A program made the position numbers and the translations under genes. The notes under the pieces are model-generated. The model had not been told where the DNA came from, made no database searches, and was given only the letters and a program-made list of their open reading frames with translations. Below are positions 29,605 to 40,195 of a stretch of DNA of 64,000 nt, piece after piece (position 1 is the stretch's first letter; every line of letters starts with the position of its first letter). Source of the DNA: Nostoc sp. DedSLP01 (GTDB lineage Bacteria; Cyanobacteriota; Cyanobacteriia; Cyanobacteriales; Nostocaceae); NCBI GenBank assembly GCA_034530875.2, contig JAVRCJ020000001.1:349520-413519 (forward strand). Direction: 5' to 3'.

Positions 29605-29784
29605 TCAAGAACCATTTAATAAATATTCTCGAGATAATTGCAATAATCAAGGGGTAAATTCCTCTGGAGATAATGCCAATAAAGGTTCAATAATTCTTCT
29701 TAGTTCCCCATCTAAAGAACCAAACCTAGCTCGTAGCAAATTCTCTATAATATTACGACGTTCTTCTTAAATTCCTGCTTGTTT
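29605..29784 (-). pseudogene. Decayed C-terminal fragment of an Rpn/DUF4351-like protein
   Basis: Reads KQAGI*EERRNIIENLLRARFGSLDGELRRIIEPLLALSPEEFTP*LLQLSREYLL, with two internal stops. Confidence 0.6.
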
Positions 29785-29945
29785 GCGATCGAGATAATTT
29801 CTGAAGAGTCGTTGGGGTTAAGCCAAACCTCTTTACCAAGAAATCCAGAATACTGAGCTAGTGCTGTTGTCCCAATTTCTGCATCTTTCTGGATAAAATT
29901 TTCCTGTTCAGGGGCGACTTGAAACTTGAGGAGTTCTATAACCAC
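29785..29945 (-). pseudogene. Truncated TIGR03792-like (ABM-fold) cyanobacterial protein
   Basis: VVIELLKFQVAPEQ-ENFIQKDAEI.TTALAQYSGFLGKEVWLNP, then similarity ends abruptly. Confidence 0.65.
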
Positions 29946-30084
29946 GTGCTTTGATGCCTGTGCTCGGCAATTTGCCAAAATAGAGCTGTAGGCTAGAGTA
30001 AAACTACGCTTTTAGCATAGCTCGATCGCGTACACTCAGGAGCTACGGCCGGCTGTTTGAAATAAATTTAAGAGGATAGGGAGT

Positions 30085-30408
30085 ATGGACAGCAACAATT
30101 GGTTGCAACAGCTAATGATGATGGGTATTGGCACAACGTCTATAGTGGCAGAGAAACTGCGCCAAGTCAGCGATGATTTGGTCAAAGATGGTAAGCTCAA
30201 TCCCGAACAAGCCAAGGCGGTTATAGATGATATTGCTCAACAGTTAAAGTCCGAGCAAGGAAACTGGGACGCCCAGATGCAACGACAGATGCGAAATATG
30301 ATGCAGGATTTGGGGGTGGCTCGTCAGTCGGAAGTTGACGAACTTCGGGGTAGAATTGACCGTTTAGAACGTCAAGTGCGCGATTTAGAAAATAAGCTTT
30401 GGCGTTAG
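30085..30408 (+). CDS. Phasin-like conserved cyanobacterial protein
   Basis: GIGTTS..LVKDGKLN..ARQSEVDELRGRIDRLE. Confidence 0.8.
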   Translation: MDSNNWLQQLMMMGIGTTSIVAEKLRQVSDDLVKDGKLNPEQAKAVIDDIAQQLKSEQGNWDAQMQRQMRNMMQDLGVARQSEVDELRGRIDRLERQVRDLENKLWR

Positions 30409-30486
30409 GGTGTCCTTTGTGATTTAAACTAAATGTGTCCTTTTGGTAATGTTTTTACCAGGCTACCTAAGTAGGGAGAACTGATT

Positions 30487-31008
30487 TTGAAAGCAATTTT
30501 CCTGAGTGTGGCGTTCATAGCGGTGTTTGTTGTGCTTTTGGTTGTGGGGCAAGTAGGCAGCAAACAGAATACTGCCATTGCTGACCAGTTAACCTCAACA
30601 CCGCCAGCGCCCACAATTTTAACTGAAAACAATATCTTAATTGCGAGTGATACTATGTCTGATGCCAATGCCGTCACCACCCCCTCTGGATTAAAATACA
30701 TTGAGTTAAAAGAAGGGACTGGGGCGACTCCTGAACGCGGGCAAACGGTAGAGGTTCACTATACCGGCACTTTAGAAGATGGTACTAAGTTTGATAGTTC
30801 GCGCGATCGCGGTCAACCTTTCAAATTTAAAATCGGCGTTGGACAAGTAATCAAAGGTTGGGACGAAGGACTTAGCACCATGAAAGTAGGCGGTCGTCGT
30901 CAGCTAATTATCCCCTCAGAGTTAGGTTATGGCCCCCGTGGTGCCGGTGGCGTAATTCCACCCAACGCTACCCTGTTGTTTGATGTGGAATTGTTAGGAG
31001 TTAAGTAA
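30487..31008 (+). CDS. FKBP-type peptidyl-prolyl isomerase
   Basis: [40 protein letters not shown]. Confidence 0.97.
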   Translation: MKAIFLSVAFIAVFVVLLVVGQVGSKQNTAIADQLTSTPPAPTILTENNILIASDTMSDANAVTTPSGLKYIELKEGTGATPERGQTVEVHYTGTLEDGTKFDSSRDRGQPFKFKIGVGQVIKGWDEGLSTMKVGGRRQLIIPSELGYGPRGAGGVIPPNATLLFDVELLGVK

Positions 31009-31012
31009 AAAT

Positions 31013-31120
31013 CGGGCATGGAAGCAGGGGAAGATAGGGAGTGTGGGGAGTGTGGGGAGAAAGAGAATTTATGCCCCCCTCTGCTCCCACACCTCCCGAT
31101 GCCCAATGCCCAATGCCCAG
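31013..31120. repeat. Bipartite G-rich/C-rich STRR-like element between convergent genes
   Basis: GGGAGTGTG repeats, GAGAAAGAGAATTTATGC core, CCCACACCT and ATGCCCA repeats. Confidence 0.75.
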
Positions 31121-31121
31121 T

Positions 31122-32465
31122 TCAAATTTTTAGATTTTGAAACTTGGTAAATTGGGGATTAAATAAAAGTTTCACTGTACCTGTGGGCCCGTTGCGGTGT
31201 TTGGCTATTATTACTTCTGCAATGCCGCGATCGGGTGTATCTGGAGAGTAGTATTCATCCCGGTATAACATGATTACTAAATCCGCGTCCTGTTCGATAC
31301 TTCCACTTTCGCGTAAATCTGACAACATCGGGCGTTTATTAGTACGAGATTCCACCCCTCGACTTAACTGAGATAAAGCAATAACTGGTACAGATAATTC
31401 ACGCGCTAAACCTTTGAGTTGACGCGTAATTTTTGATAATTCTTGTACGCGATTATCGCCTGCTCCTTCCATTAATTGTAAGTAATCTATTACAACTAAT
31501 CCTAATTCAGTTCCCTGTTCTGCTTGCAGTCGTCTTGCTTGACTACGAATTTGTGTAACAGTAATATTCGGCGTATCGTCAATATAAATTGGTATCTCCG
31601 AAAGGATACCAATAGCGCGGCTTAAAGGTTCCCATTGTGTTTGGCTCAGACGTCCACTCCGCAGATAACCACTTTCAATTTGCGCCTCACTAGCTAACAA
31701 ACGTTGTGTCAGCTGTTCTTTGGACATTTCTAAACTAAAAACAGCAATTGGTAATTTATAAGAAGCGGCAATATTATGAGCAAGGTTTAAGCAGAAGGCC
31801 GTTTTTCCCATTGCCGGTCTCGCAGCAACAATAATTAAATCTGAACGTTGAAAGCCACTAGTTATGGCATCTAAATCATAAAATCCGCAGGGTATTCCAG
31901 GTAAAGCAATACCTTGATTTCTATCTTCAATATCCTGGAAATTATTAATCAGAGTATCAGCGATATGAACTAAACCTGATTGCGGACGCTCTTGAGTAAC
32001 GCTGAAAACTTTCTGTTCTGCTTGGTCTAAAACTATTGGTAATTCGGTTTCTGTTTCGTAACCGAGATGCACAATTTCATTACCAGCTTTAATTAATTGT
32101 CGCCGCAGGTATTTTTCCATCACTAACCCTGCTAAGGCGTCAATGTTTACAGCTGAAACTGTACGGTCTACCAAAGTTGCTAATTTATTTCGACCACCAA
32201 TCCGCGCTAGTAAATCGCGGTCAGTTAGCCAACTTGTAACTGAGAGCAAGTCTGTGGGTTTACCTTGTGCGTGGAGTCTGACTGCTGCTTGATAAATATC
32301 TTTGTGAGCGCTAATATAAAATGCTTCGGCAACAAGGCGATCGCTAACTCGACTAATCGCCTCTGGATCTAGCAAAATACCCCCCAAAATCGCTTCTTCC
32401 GCCTCAATATTTTGGGGTGGTAAGCGATCGCTTCCTATCCCTTGAAAACTCAGTTCTTCAGCCAT
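31122..32465 (-). CDS. dnaB: Replicative DNA helicase, intein-free
   Basis: PPQNIEAEE, ARPAMGKT, IDYLQL, contiguous DLRESGSIEQDAD. Confidence 0.98.
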   Translation of the reverse strand: MAEELSFQGIGSDRLPPQNIEAEEAILGGILLDPEAISRVSDRLVAEAFYISAHKDIYQAAVRLHAQGKPTDLLSVTSWLTDRDLLARIGGRNKLATLVDRTVSAVNIDALAGLVMEKYLRRQLIKAGNEIVHLGYETETELPIVLDQAEQKVFSVTQERPQSGLVHIADTLINNFQDIEDRNQGIALPGIPCGFYDLDAITSGFQRSDLIIVAARPAMGKTAFCLNLAHNIAASYKLPIAVFSLEMSKEQLTQRLLASEAQIESGYLRSGRLSQTQWEPLSRAIGILSEIPIYIDDTPNITVTQIRSQARRLQAEQGTELGLVVIDYLQLMEGAGDNRVQELSKITRQLKGLARELSVPVIALSQLSRGVESRTNKRPMLSDLRESGSIEQDADLVIMLYRDEYYSPDTPDRGIAEVIIAKHRNGPTGTVKLLFNPQFTKFQNLKI

Positions 32466-32599
32466 AAAACGATTTTAGTTTGAGATGAAAGCTAGTTGAG
32501 AGTGGGGAGTTATAAGTTAGGAGTTAGGAGTTAAGAATTATTCTCCTTGTCTTCCTTATCTCCCATGTCTCCCCCATCTCCCTAATCCCGCTACGTAAC

Positions 32600-33058
32600 T
32601 TAACTAGCCACGACTTGAATATCAATTTGCGCTGTTACATCCGAAAACAGCTTGATTTCAGCTTGATAAGTACCAAGGTGGTTAATATCGGGAATGGTAA
32701 TGCCGCGACGATCTACTTCTTGACTGGTAGCTGCCTTAATTGCATCTGCAACATCTTGGGTGGTAACTGTACCGAAAATAGCTTCGTTTTCACCAACTTG
32801 CTTAGCAATTGTTAAGCTGCTAACTTTTTCTAAAGCTGCTTTTTGCTCAAGTGCTTGTTGCTTGAGTTCTAATTGCCGTTGACGTTCTTGTTCGCGACGG
32901 CGTTCTACTTGTTTGAGAATACCAGGAGTGGCATGGGTAGCCAATTTCTGAGGAATCAGGTAATTACGAGCGTAGCCAGGAGCTACTTCCACTAAGTCGC
33001 CAGATTTGCCCAGCTTACTAATATCTTGATTTAAAACTAACTGCACGCGTTTCGCCAT
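32600..33058 (-). CDS. rplI: 50S ribosomal protein L9
   Basis: [27 protein letters not shown]. Confidence 0.98.
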   Translation of the reverse strand: MAKRVQLVLNQDISKLGKSGDLVEVAPGYARNYLIPQKLATHATPGILKQVERRREQERQRQLELKQQALEQKAALEKVSSLTIAKQVGENEAIFGTVTTQDVADAIKAATSQEVDRRGITIPDINHLGTYQAEIKLFSDVTAQIDIQVVAS

Positions 33059-33223
33059 CGTTTTTCGATTTTCCTGTAAGATATGATTAATTTGGGTTTC
33101 GCCAGAATAGCTCACAACGTCAGTGGTGTATTAAGAGCGCCTTTGCCTATACCCTAAAGCTTACAGATCCTAGCGAAACGCAGGGGGCGATCGCAACTAT
33201 TCCCGCTAGAAAGTTGAAGGAAT

Positions 33224-33376
33224 GGGGAATGGGGACTGGGGACTGGTGACTGGGAAGATGGGAAGATGGGGAAGCGTGGAGAGAAAGAGAATTAATTTAT
33301 GCTTCTGGCTCCTCCCACACCTCTCAATCCCAAGTCCCCAGTCACTACTCACCAGTCCCCACTGACCAATGCCCAA
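33224..33376. repeat. Bipartite STRR element
   Basis: GGGGACT/GGGAAGAT arm, GAGAAAGAGAATT core, AGTCCCC arm. Confidence 0.75.
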
Positions 33377-33379
33377 TAA

Positions 33380-34153
33380 CTAAAAGTTATCCCTCATTTC
33401 CCGAATACGTGCAAAGCTTTGAACTGCATCGCTCCTGTTAACAGCCGATTGTAATGATGGGTAATCCCAACGTAAAAAGGGATTGGTGCGCTTCTCGACT
33501 CCCAGCAGTGAGGGAATAGTGGCTTCTCCTCGACTCCGATAAGCTTCGACTTGATGGAAGTATTTTTGTAACTCCGCGTTCTCACCGTCAAGAGTTAAAG
33601 CAAATTTGAGATTTCTTAAAGTGTATTCGTGGGCGCACCAAACGCGTGTATTATCTGGCAAAGAGCGAATTTTGCTTAAAGAATTTACCATTTGTGCTGG
33701 TGTTCCTTCAAATAACTTACCGCAACCTCCGGAAAATACAGTATCGCCACAAAATAATTCGCCCGTTTCGCCAGGTTTTTCGGGGGGAAAATAGTAAACG
33801 ATGTGCCCTCGGGTATGTCCGGGAACGAAGAGAACTTCAGCTATGCGGTCTGCAAACTGTACGCGATCGCCTTCTTGCAAAAACACCTGCTGTCCGGGAA
33901 TTCTACCACGATCCTCGGCTCCCCCATAAACTATTAACTGCGGGAATTGTTGGATTAACCGCTTGTTACCACCTACATGATCGTGATGATGGTGCGTGTT
34001 AAAAATTGCTACCAACTCGGCATTTAGTTCTGCCAGTTTGTTTAATACTGGTTGAGCTTCTGCTGGATCGACGACAGCAGCAATGTTTTGTTTGGAGTCG
34101 TGTAACAAAAATATGTAGTTGTCTGAGAGTGCTTCCAGACGGATTACCTGCAT
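33380..34153 (-). CDS. gloB: Hydroxyacylglutathione hydrolase (glyoxalase II)
   Basis: [37 protein letters not shown]. Confidence 0.95.
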   Translation of the reverse strand: MQVIRLEALSDNYIFLLHDSKQNIAAVVDPAEAQPVLNKLAELNAELVAIFNTHHHHDHVGGNKRLIQQFPQLIVYGGAEDRGRIPGQQVFLQEGDRVQFADRIAEVLFVPGHTRGHIVYYFPPEKPGETGELFCGDTVFSGGCGKLFEGTPAQMVNSLSKIRSLPDNTRVWCAHEYTLRNLKFALTLDGENAELQKYFHQVEAYRSRGEATIPSLLGVEKRTNPFLRWDYPSLQSAVNRSDAVQSFARIREMRDNF

Positions 34154-34559
34154 TACCTCTGTCTCCCTTACAACATAAATGTTTAGTATTGAGTAGTCAG
34201 CTTACATTTGAGCTAAGTAATAATGCTACCTGTGCAAGATATTTCAAGTATTTATACTTAATTTATGACAAGTCTACTGCAATTTTAACTATGATAATAT
34301 ACAACCGTGCTTTTACGGTAATTATACTTAAATAAAGTCAACTTGAGATGAATTTATCAGTAAAATTTCTCTGGGAAAATCTCTAAATGCAACGCTAGAT
34401 TTGATTGATTATTTTTGGGCTTACAATTAATAAATTCTCAAGTTGATATTCGACCAAACTCTATTCTATCGCCTTTATTTATAACGAAACATAGAAAATT
34501 TTTTCCGATTTACTTTCAAGAGAATGAATAACAAGTAATACTGATGAATTATTAAAATT

Positions 34560-35402
34560 ATGCGAACAGAAACCAGAGGTTTTATTACAATTTTAACTGG
34601 GCTTTACCCTTTTCAAGATTGTATTCATTTCTTAGCTGCGGTTAGAAAGTTTCATCAGGAACCCATAATTATTTTAATTGACCAAGTTCCAGCAGTTCTT
34701 TATCCTTTACTTAAGGCTTTCAAAAATGTAATTTTAAAGCCTGTCCCTACAAATGAAAATACTGTTTTAGCGTCACGGCAAGCAAAACTGGCTCTGTATG
34801 CCGCTTCTGAATTTGATAAAACTATTTACCTAGATTCAGATATTTGCTTGCTTTCCGATATTAATGACGTATTTGAGTACATGGATGAATACGATTTGTT
34901 ATTAACTGAAGATGTGCAACCTTCGATTAGTAAAGCAACAAATCTCTTGCGTGGTAAACAAGAAGAACTTTTGCCACACGTCTTACCAATTTTGCAATCT
35001 GTAGGGCTACCTTTGCAAGCAGATAGCGTGCAGTATAATGGCGGTTTTATAGCTTTTCGCAAAGCAGAAATCAACCAGATATTTTTTGATAAGTTTCAAT
35101 ATTATTTTGAGATTGTCAAAAATAATCAAGATAAATTACTTTTAAAAGACCAAGGGGCTTTTGCTTCAGCGATCGCATCTGTACGCCCTCATAAGAAAAT
35201 ACTACCACCTACCTATAATTATCTGAGTAAATGGCAGGATGCTTATAATGTTGAGGGTGAAATTAAAGTCCTGCACTGTACCTATCCTTATCGCCCACAG
35301 TACGCTAAAAATGTTACCCGTTCTTTATATACAAGGATTTTTGATAGATTAGCTAAAGTATTTTTACCTAATCAAGTTACAAATCCCTGGCGCACTAAAT
35401 AA
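34560..35402 (+). CDS. GT-A glycosyltransferase (GT8-like)
   Basis: KTIYLDSD, YNGGF, DQGAF, YNY..VLH. Confidence 0.7.
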   Translation: MRTETRGFITILTGLYPFQDCIHFLAAVRKFHQEPIIILIDQVPAVLYPLLKAFKNVILKPVPTNENTVLASRQAKLALYAASEFDKTIYLDSDICLLSDINDVFEYMDEYDLLLTEDVQPSISKATNLLRGKQEELLPHVLPILQSVGLPLQADSVQYNGGFIAFRKAEINQIFFDKFQYYFEIVKNNQDKLLLKDQGAFASAIASVRPHKKILPPTYNYLSKWQDAYNVEGEIKVLHCTYPYRPQYAKNVTRSLYTRIFDRLAKVFLPNQVTNPWRTK

Positions 35403-35419
35403 AAACTAGTAAAAAAATA

Positions 35420-36583
35420 GTGAAAAATTTTTCAAAAATATCCCTGTTGGTTTCAGATTTATCAAGTGCAGCTATTTTGCGTGCATACTTGATAGCAACA
35501 GCCCTAATCAATTTAGGATATGAAGTTGAAATTATGGGGTTTTTATTTGGAAACAACTTATATAGAAATTTACCAACAGAGTTAAAAATTTACGATTTTC
35601 CTGGGAAGAACTTTCCTGATTTTTTTGGGCAAATCCAAGAAATTTTGCCCAAAATCACTGGAGATATAATTTATGCTATCAAGCCCCAAATAGCGAGTTT
35701 TGGAGTTGCCCTAATCAAAAAAATATTCAGCAACAAACCATTAATTTTGGATATAGATGATTGGGAACTGAGTTGGCACGGTGGCGATGACTGGGGTTAT
35801 CATCCAGCATTCAAACAATTAGCAAGAGATTTGTTAAAGCCAGACGGTGCGTTGAGAAATCCCCATCATCCTTTATATGTGAAATGGATGGAAGGTTTGA
35901 TAAGTCAAGCTAATGCTGTAACGGTGCATACTAAATTTTTGCAGCAGCGTTTTGGTGGTGTATTTGTCCCTAATGGCAAAGATACTTCTTTATTCGATCC
36001 CACCCAATACGATGCTGAATCAAGTAGAAGCCGTTATGGGTTATCTGAATATCGAATTTTAATGTTTCCTGGCGCACCAAGACCTTATAAAGGATTAGAA
36101 GATATTCTTATTGCCCTGGATAAAATTAATCAGCCAGACTTGAGATTAGTAATTGTTGGTGGTAGTCCTTATGATGATTACGATCGCAAACTCGAACAAC
36201 AATGGGGACGCTGGATTATCAAACTACCAAAGTATCCAGCTGATGTTATGCCCGATTTAATAGCAGCTGCTCACATTGTAGTTGTTCCCCAGCGAGATAC
36301 ACCAGAAACTCGCGCTCAATTTCCTCTAAAGTTGACAGATGGGATGGCAATGGCTAAACCTGTATTAACAACACGCGTTGGAGATATTCCCCAAATTTTA
36401 GGTGATACTGGTTATTTAGTTGAGCCTGCTTGTCCCGAACAACTTGCTGAAAAAATTCAATTTATTTTTAATAATTTAGAGTCAGCAAACCAGCAAGGTA
36501 TTAAAGCAAGACAAAGATGTGTAGAACACTTTAGCATAGAGGCTATGGCTTCTACGCTTAAGTCAGTAATAGCTAAGTTGTGA
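35420..36583 (+). CDS. Glycosyltransferase family 4
   Basis: KGLED, FPLKLTDGMAMAKPVLTTRVGD. Confidence 0.9.
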   Translation: MKNFSKISLLVSDLSSAAILRAYLIATALINLGYEVEIMGFLFGNNLYRNLPTELKIYDFPGKNFPDFFGQIQEILPKITGDIIYAIKPQIASFGVALIKKIFSNKPLILDIDDWELSWHGGDDWGYHPAFKQLARDLLKPDGALRNPHHPLYVKWMEGLISQANAVTVHTKFLQQRFGGVFVPNGKDTSLFDPTQYDAESSRSRYGLSEYRILMFPGAPRPYKGLEDILIALDKINQPDLRLVIVGGSPYDDYDRKLEQQWGRWIIKLPKYPADVMPDLIAAAHIVVVPQRDTPETRAQFPLKLTDGMAMAKPVLTTRVGDIPQILGDTGYLVEPACPEQLAEKIQFIFNNLESANQQGIKARQRCVEHFSIEAMASTLKSVIAKL

Positions 36584-36605
36584 ATCATATAAATCAAAAT
36601 AGCCC

Positions 36606-38855
36606 ATGTCTACCAGAAAACTACTACTAAGATTCGCAAAACCCTATCCAGGTTTGATTCTGCTGACAATATTGTTAGGATTTTCTGGAGCTTTATTTAA
36701 TGGTATTAGCACAGCTTTAATTGTGCCTATTGTTTTAAAAATTGTTGGACAAGAAGTAGATTTAGCTAGTGCCCCTCCCATCCTCAGAAGCATGATATCC
36801 CCGTTTGATAATGCTCCAGAAAATTATCGAATCGGAATCATGGCTGGGGCAATTATATTCACAATTAGTTTAAAAAATTTAGCTACTTATGCCAGCGCGT
36901 TGGCATCGAGTTCCCTAACTCGCAAGCTGACAGCGGATATGCGAGAAGCAGGATTAAAAATATTACTAGAAATTGATATTGATTATTATGCAAAAACTAA
37001 GGTTGGCGATTTAATCAACCGCCTTGGGGGAGAAATTGGACGTGCTGCTAGTGCTGTAGGGAGTACAGTCAAAATAGTGATTTTGGGAATCACTATTTTA
37101 GTTTTTGTTGGTTTATTGTTGTCAATTTCTTGGCAGTTAACGATTGCGGCTACCCTTTTGTTGTCGTTAGTGACGTTAGTCAATCAGTATGCTATTTCCC
37201 GGTCTAAAGTTTTTGGGAAGATGCTGAGTGAGATGTCGAAAGCGTATTCAATTTCTGTACTGGAAACATTGAATGGAATTCGATTAGTTAAGGCGACAGG
37301 AAATGAAGAAAAAGAATACGAACGGATTCAAAAATTAATCCGCGATCGCGAAAAAGCAGATTTCCAATCTCAGGTTAATTCAGAAGCAATTACACCCATC
37401 GGCGAAGTGATGGGTATTACAGCTTTGCTAGGGATTGTAATTTTGAGTAAAACTTTCTTTGCTAATGAAGTCTCTTCGCTTTCTACAGTACTTTTGACAT
37501 ATTTATTAGTGCTGTTGCGAGTCTTGCCATTACTTTCTCAGCTCAATACTATTCGCAGTAACTTTGCTAGTACCGCTGCCAGTGTGGATGTAGCAAATGA
37601 GTTTTTAAGCTTAGATAATAAGCCATTCATGGGCAACGGAAAGCTTCCCTACACAAAATTACAAGAGGGAGTATCTTTTAATTCTCTGTGCTTTGCTTAC
37701 CCCGGTCATGAAAAGTTAGTTCTCAAAGATGTCAATTTATATTTACCGCGTGGCACGACTTTAGCATTAGTGGGCGGTTCTGGTGCGGGAAAATCGACTA
37801 TAGCAGACCTTTTACCGAGATTTTACGACCCCATCGCCGGTGCTATTACTATTGACGGCGTTGATTTACGGGAATTTGATGTAGTATCCCTGCGTCGGCG
37901 CATGGGAATTGTCAGTCAAGATACCTTTCTTTTTAATGATTCGGTAAAGAATAACATCGCTTATGGGTGTCCAGAGGCTAGCGATGATGAAATTCTGACA
38001 GCTACCAAACGGGCAAATGCTTATGAATTTATTAGTAAATTACCGCAGGGATTCGATACTTTAATTGGCGATCGCGGCGTAATGTTATCTGGCGGACAAA
38101 GGCAAAGATTAGCTATCGCCCGCGCCTTAGTGCAAAATCCCGAAATTTTGATTTTAGATGAAGCTACCAGCGCTTTAGATACCGTTTCCGAGCGTTTAGT
38201 ACAAGGTGCACTAGACGAACTCAGCCGCGATCGTACCACATTAGTAATTGCTCACCGCCTTTCTACAGTTCAAAAAGCCGATCAAATTGCAGTATTAGAT
38301 CGAGGACAAGTAGTAGAAGTAGGAACCCATGAAGAACTTTTACAAAAAGGTGGTTACTACTCGCGCCTCTACTCGATGCAATTTGCCGAACGTCCTGAAA
38401 CTGTTACCAAACACAATCAAAGTTTGCTCCGCATCTCTCACGAAATTCGGACGCAATTAAACTCAATGATTGGATTTTTCCAGTTATTACTTGATGATTT
38501 AGTAGATGATGCCCAAGAACGGCAGGAATTAATTGAAGATTCTTACAAATCAGCTTGGAGAATTCTCAACACCATTGATGTTTTTGATGACGTTATTAAC
38601 TCGCAAATCAGAGGGCAAATGCTTTCTCTTTCCGACCAAAATCAGAACGTCATCAGTAGCCATTATCAAACTTTTAATCAAATATCAGCCGAATTCCGGA
38701 CTTCTCTGAATCTCATCCTTAGCTCTCTTCGTTCTGTATCAGATAATTTACTCCATAGCCTCGAAGAACAAATTCATTTTATTTCTGAAAGTTATGAATC
38801 TGCCATTTATCTACTCGGTAATTTAGAAAAATTTGAGGATAGCATTAGCGCTTAA
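36606..38855 (+). CDS. ABC exporter (MsbA/HepA-like) with a C-terminal tandem HisKA-like extension
   Basis: TM domain, GGSGAGKS, LSGGQRQR, LDEATSALD; tail ISHEIRTQLN and ISAEFRTSLN. Confidence 0.9.
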   Translation: MSTRKLLLRFAKPYPGLILLTILLGFSGALFNGISTALIVPIVLKIVGQEVDLASAPPILRSMISPFDNAPENYRIGIMAGAIIFTISLKNLATYASALASSSLTRKLTADMREAGLKILLEIDIDYYAKTKVGDLINRLGGEIGRAASAVGSTVKIVILGITILVFVGLLLSISWQLTIAATLLLSLVTLVNQYAISRSKVFGKMLSEMSKAYSISVLETLNGIRLVKATGNEEKEYERIQKLIRDREKADFQSQVNSEAITPIGEVMGITALLGIVILSKTFFANEVSSLSTVLLTYLLVLLRVLPLLSQLNTIRSNFASTAASVDVANEFLSLDNKPFMGNGKLPYTKLQEGVSFNSLCFAYPGHEKLVLKDVNLYLPRGTTLALVGGSGAGKSTIADLLPRFYDPIAGAITIDGVDLREFDVVSLRRRMGIVSQDTFLFNDSVKNNIAYGCPEASDDEILTATKRANAYEFISKLPQGFDTLIGDRGVMLSGGQRQRLAIARALVQNPEILILDEATSALDTVSERLVQGALDELSRDRTTLVIAHRLSTVQKADQIAVLDRGQVVEVGTHEELLQKGGYYSRLYSMQFAERPETVTKHNQSLLRISHEIRTQLNSMIGFFQLLLDDLVDDAQERQELIEDSYKSAWRILNTIDVFDDVINSQIRGQMLSLSDQNQNVISSHYQTFNQISAEFRTSLNLILSSLRSVSDNLLHSLEEQIHFISESYESAIYLLGNLEKFEDSISA

Positions 38856-38859
38856 AAAT

Positions 38860-40062
38860 ATGAAAACTAATAATAAAAAACACTATGTTTACTTCATTGG
38901 CGATGAATTGCCAAAGCCAGAAGCTCATTTAGTACAATCTACAAATGCTGCCAATGCCGTCGCCAACTTGGGTTACTCAACAGTTTTGGTATACTTTGAC
39001 AAAAAAGTAAACCCCACTAATCTAGCGAATCTGGCGCGTCCTTTTCAACCCAAAAAAACACCAACAGAACTTATTAAATATTACAACCTCTATGACAAAT
39101 TAAAAGTTTCTCCCTTACCAATGCCTTGGCCGATTGACCATTTTTCCAGCAAATTCACAGATTCCAATACCATTGCCTGTAAATATTATTTACCCTTTCA
39201 TATACTGCCAACAACCAAAATTGTCCACAGCCGTAACTGGAATTTTGTCAAAGCTGCGATTAAAAATGGTGTTCCTGCAATTTACGAACATCACCACCAC
39301 GAAGAAAAACCATTCGATGCAGAAATAGTCAACAGCCCTCTATTGCAAATTGCCGTCACAGTTGTAGAGACTATCCGTCAAAGCATGATTAAAAATGGGA
39401 TGCCGCCAGAAAAAACGATCAGGTTGCACAACGGTTTTAATCGCTTGTTCATGGAAAGACAACCAGAAAAAGCAGCCGAATGGCGTCAAAAACTATTGCG
39501 AGATAATAGTCAAAAATTAGTAGTTTATGCAGGAGCTATACAGCAATTTAAAGGTATTGATGTCTTAATTGATGTAGCTCACCAAATCCCAGATGTACAA
39601 TTTGTTTGTGCAGGCGGTAAACCAACAGAAGTCGAACACTACCAACAATTAGCTAAAGAAAAACAGGTTCATAACATTAAATTTTTAGGCTACATCTTGC
39701 ATCACGAATTAGCATCTTTGCTACAAGCCGCAGATGTTTTAGCTCACCCCCATTGTTCGGGACAAGCCGCAACTTTCACATCTCCCTTAAAATTATTTGA
39801 TTACTTCGCCTCAGGAACTCCCATCGTTGCTACAGAAATTCCCTCATTAACTGAATTTCAAAATACCCAATCCATAGCTGGCTGGTGCGAACCAGATAAC
39901 CCCAACAAATTTGCCGAAAGTTTAAAACGAGTTCTAGAAACTCATCCCCGCAAAATACAAGGCTATCCAGAAAGCATCGAATTTGTCAAACAATTTTCCT
40001 GGGAAAACCGAGCCGCAAAAATCCTAAGCTACGTCGATAAATCTCTACTTCCCTCCCTATAA
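38860..40062 (+). CDS. Glycosyltransferase family 4
   Basis: YAGAIQQFKGID, SPLKLFDYFASGTPIV. Confidence 0.9.
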   Translation: MKTNNKKHYVYFIGDELPKPEAHLVQSTNAANAVANLGYSTVLVYFDKKVNPTNLANLARPFQPKKTPTELIKYYNLYDKLKVSPLPMPWPIDHFSSKFTDSNTIACKYYLPFHILPTTKIVHSRNWNFVKAAIKNGVPAIYEHHHHEEKPFDAEIVNSPLLQIAVTVVETIRQSMIKNGMPPEKTIRLHNGFNRLFMERQPEKAAEWRQKLLRDNSQKLVVYAGAIQQFKGIDVLIDVAHQIPDVQFVCAGGKPTEVEHYQQLAKEKQVHNIKFLGYILHHELASLLQAADVLAHPHCSGQAATFTSPLKLFDYFASGTPIVATEIPSLTEFQNTQSIAGWCEPDNPNKFAESLKRVLETHPRKIQGYPESIEFVKQFSWENRAAKILSYVDKSLLPSL

Positions 40063-40195
40063 AAATCAACATAAACTCCTGATTACTCTCCGCCCTTCTG
40101 CGCCTCTGCGCGACGGCAGTCGCTACAACGGGGGAACCCCCGCAACGCGCTGCCTCCTCTGCGTGAACTAACAAATCCTTATTTCCAAACCACAA

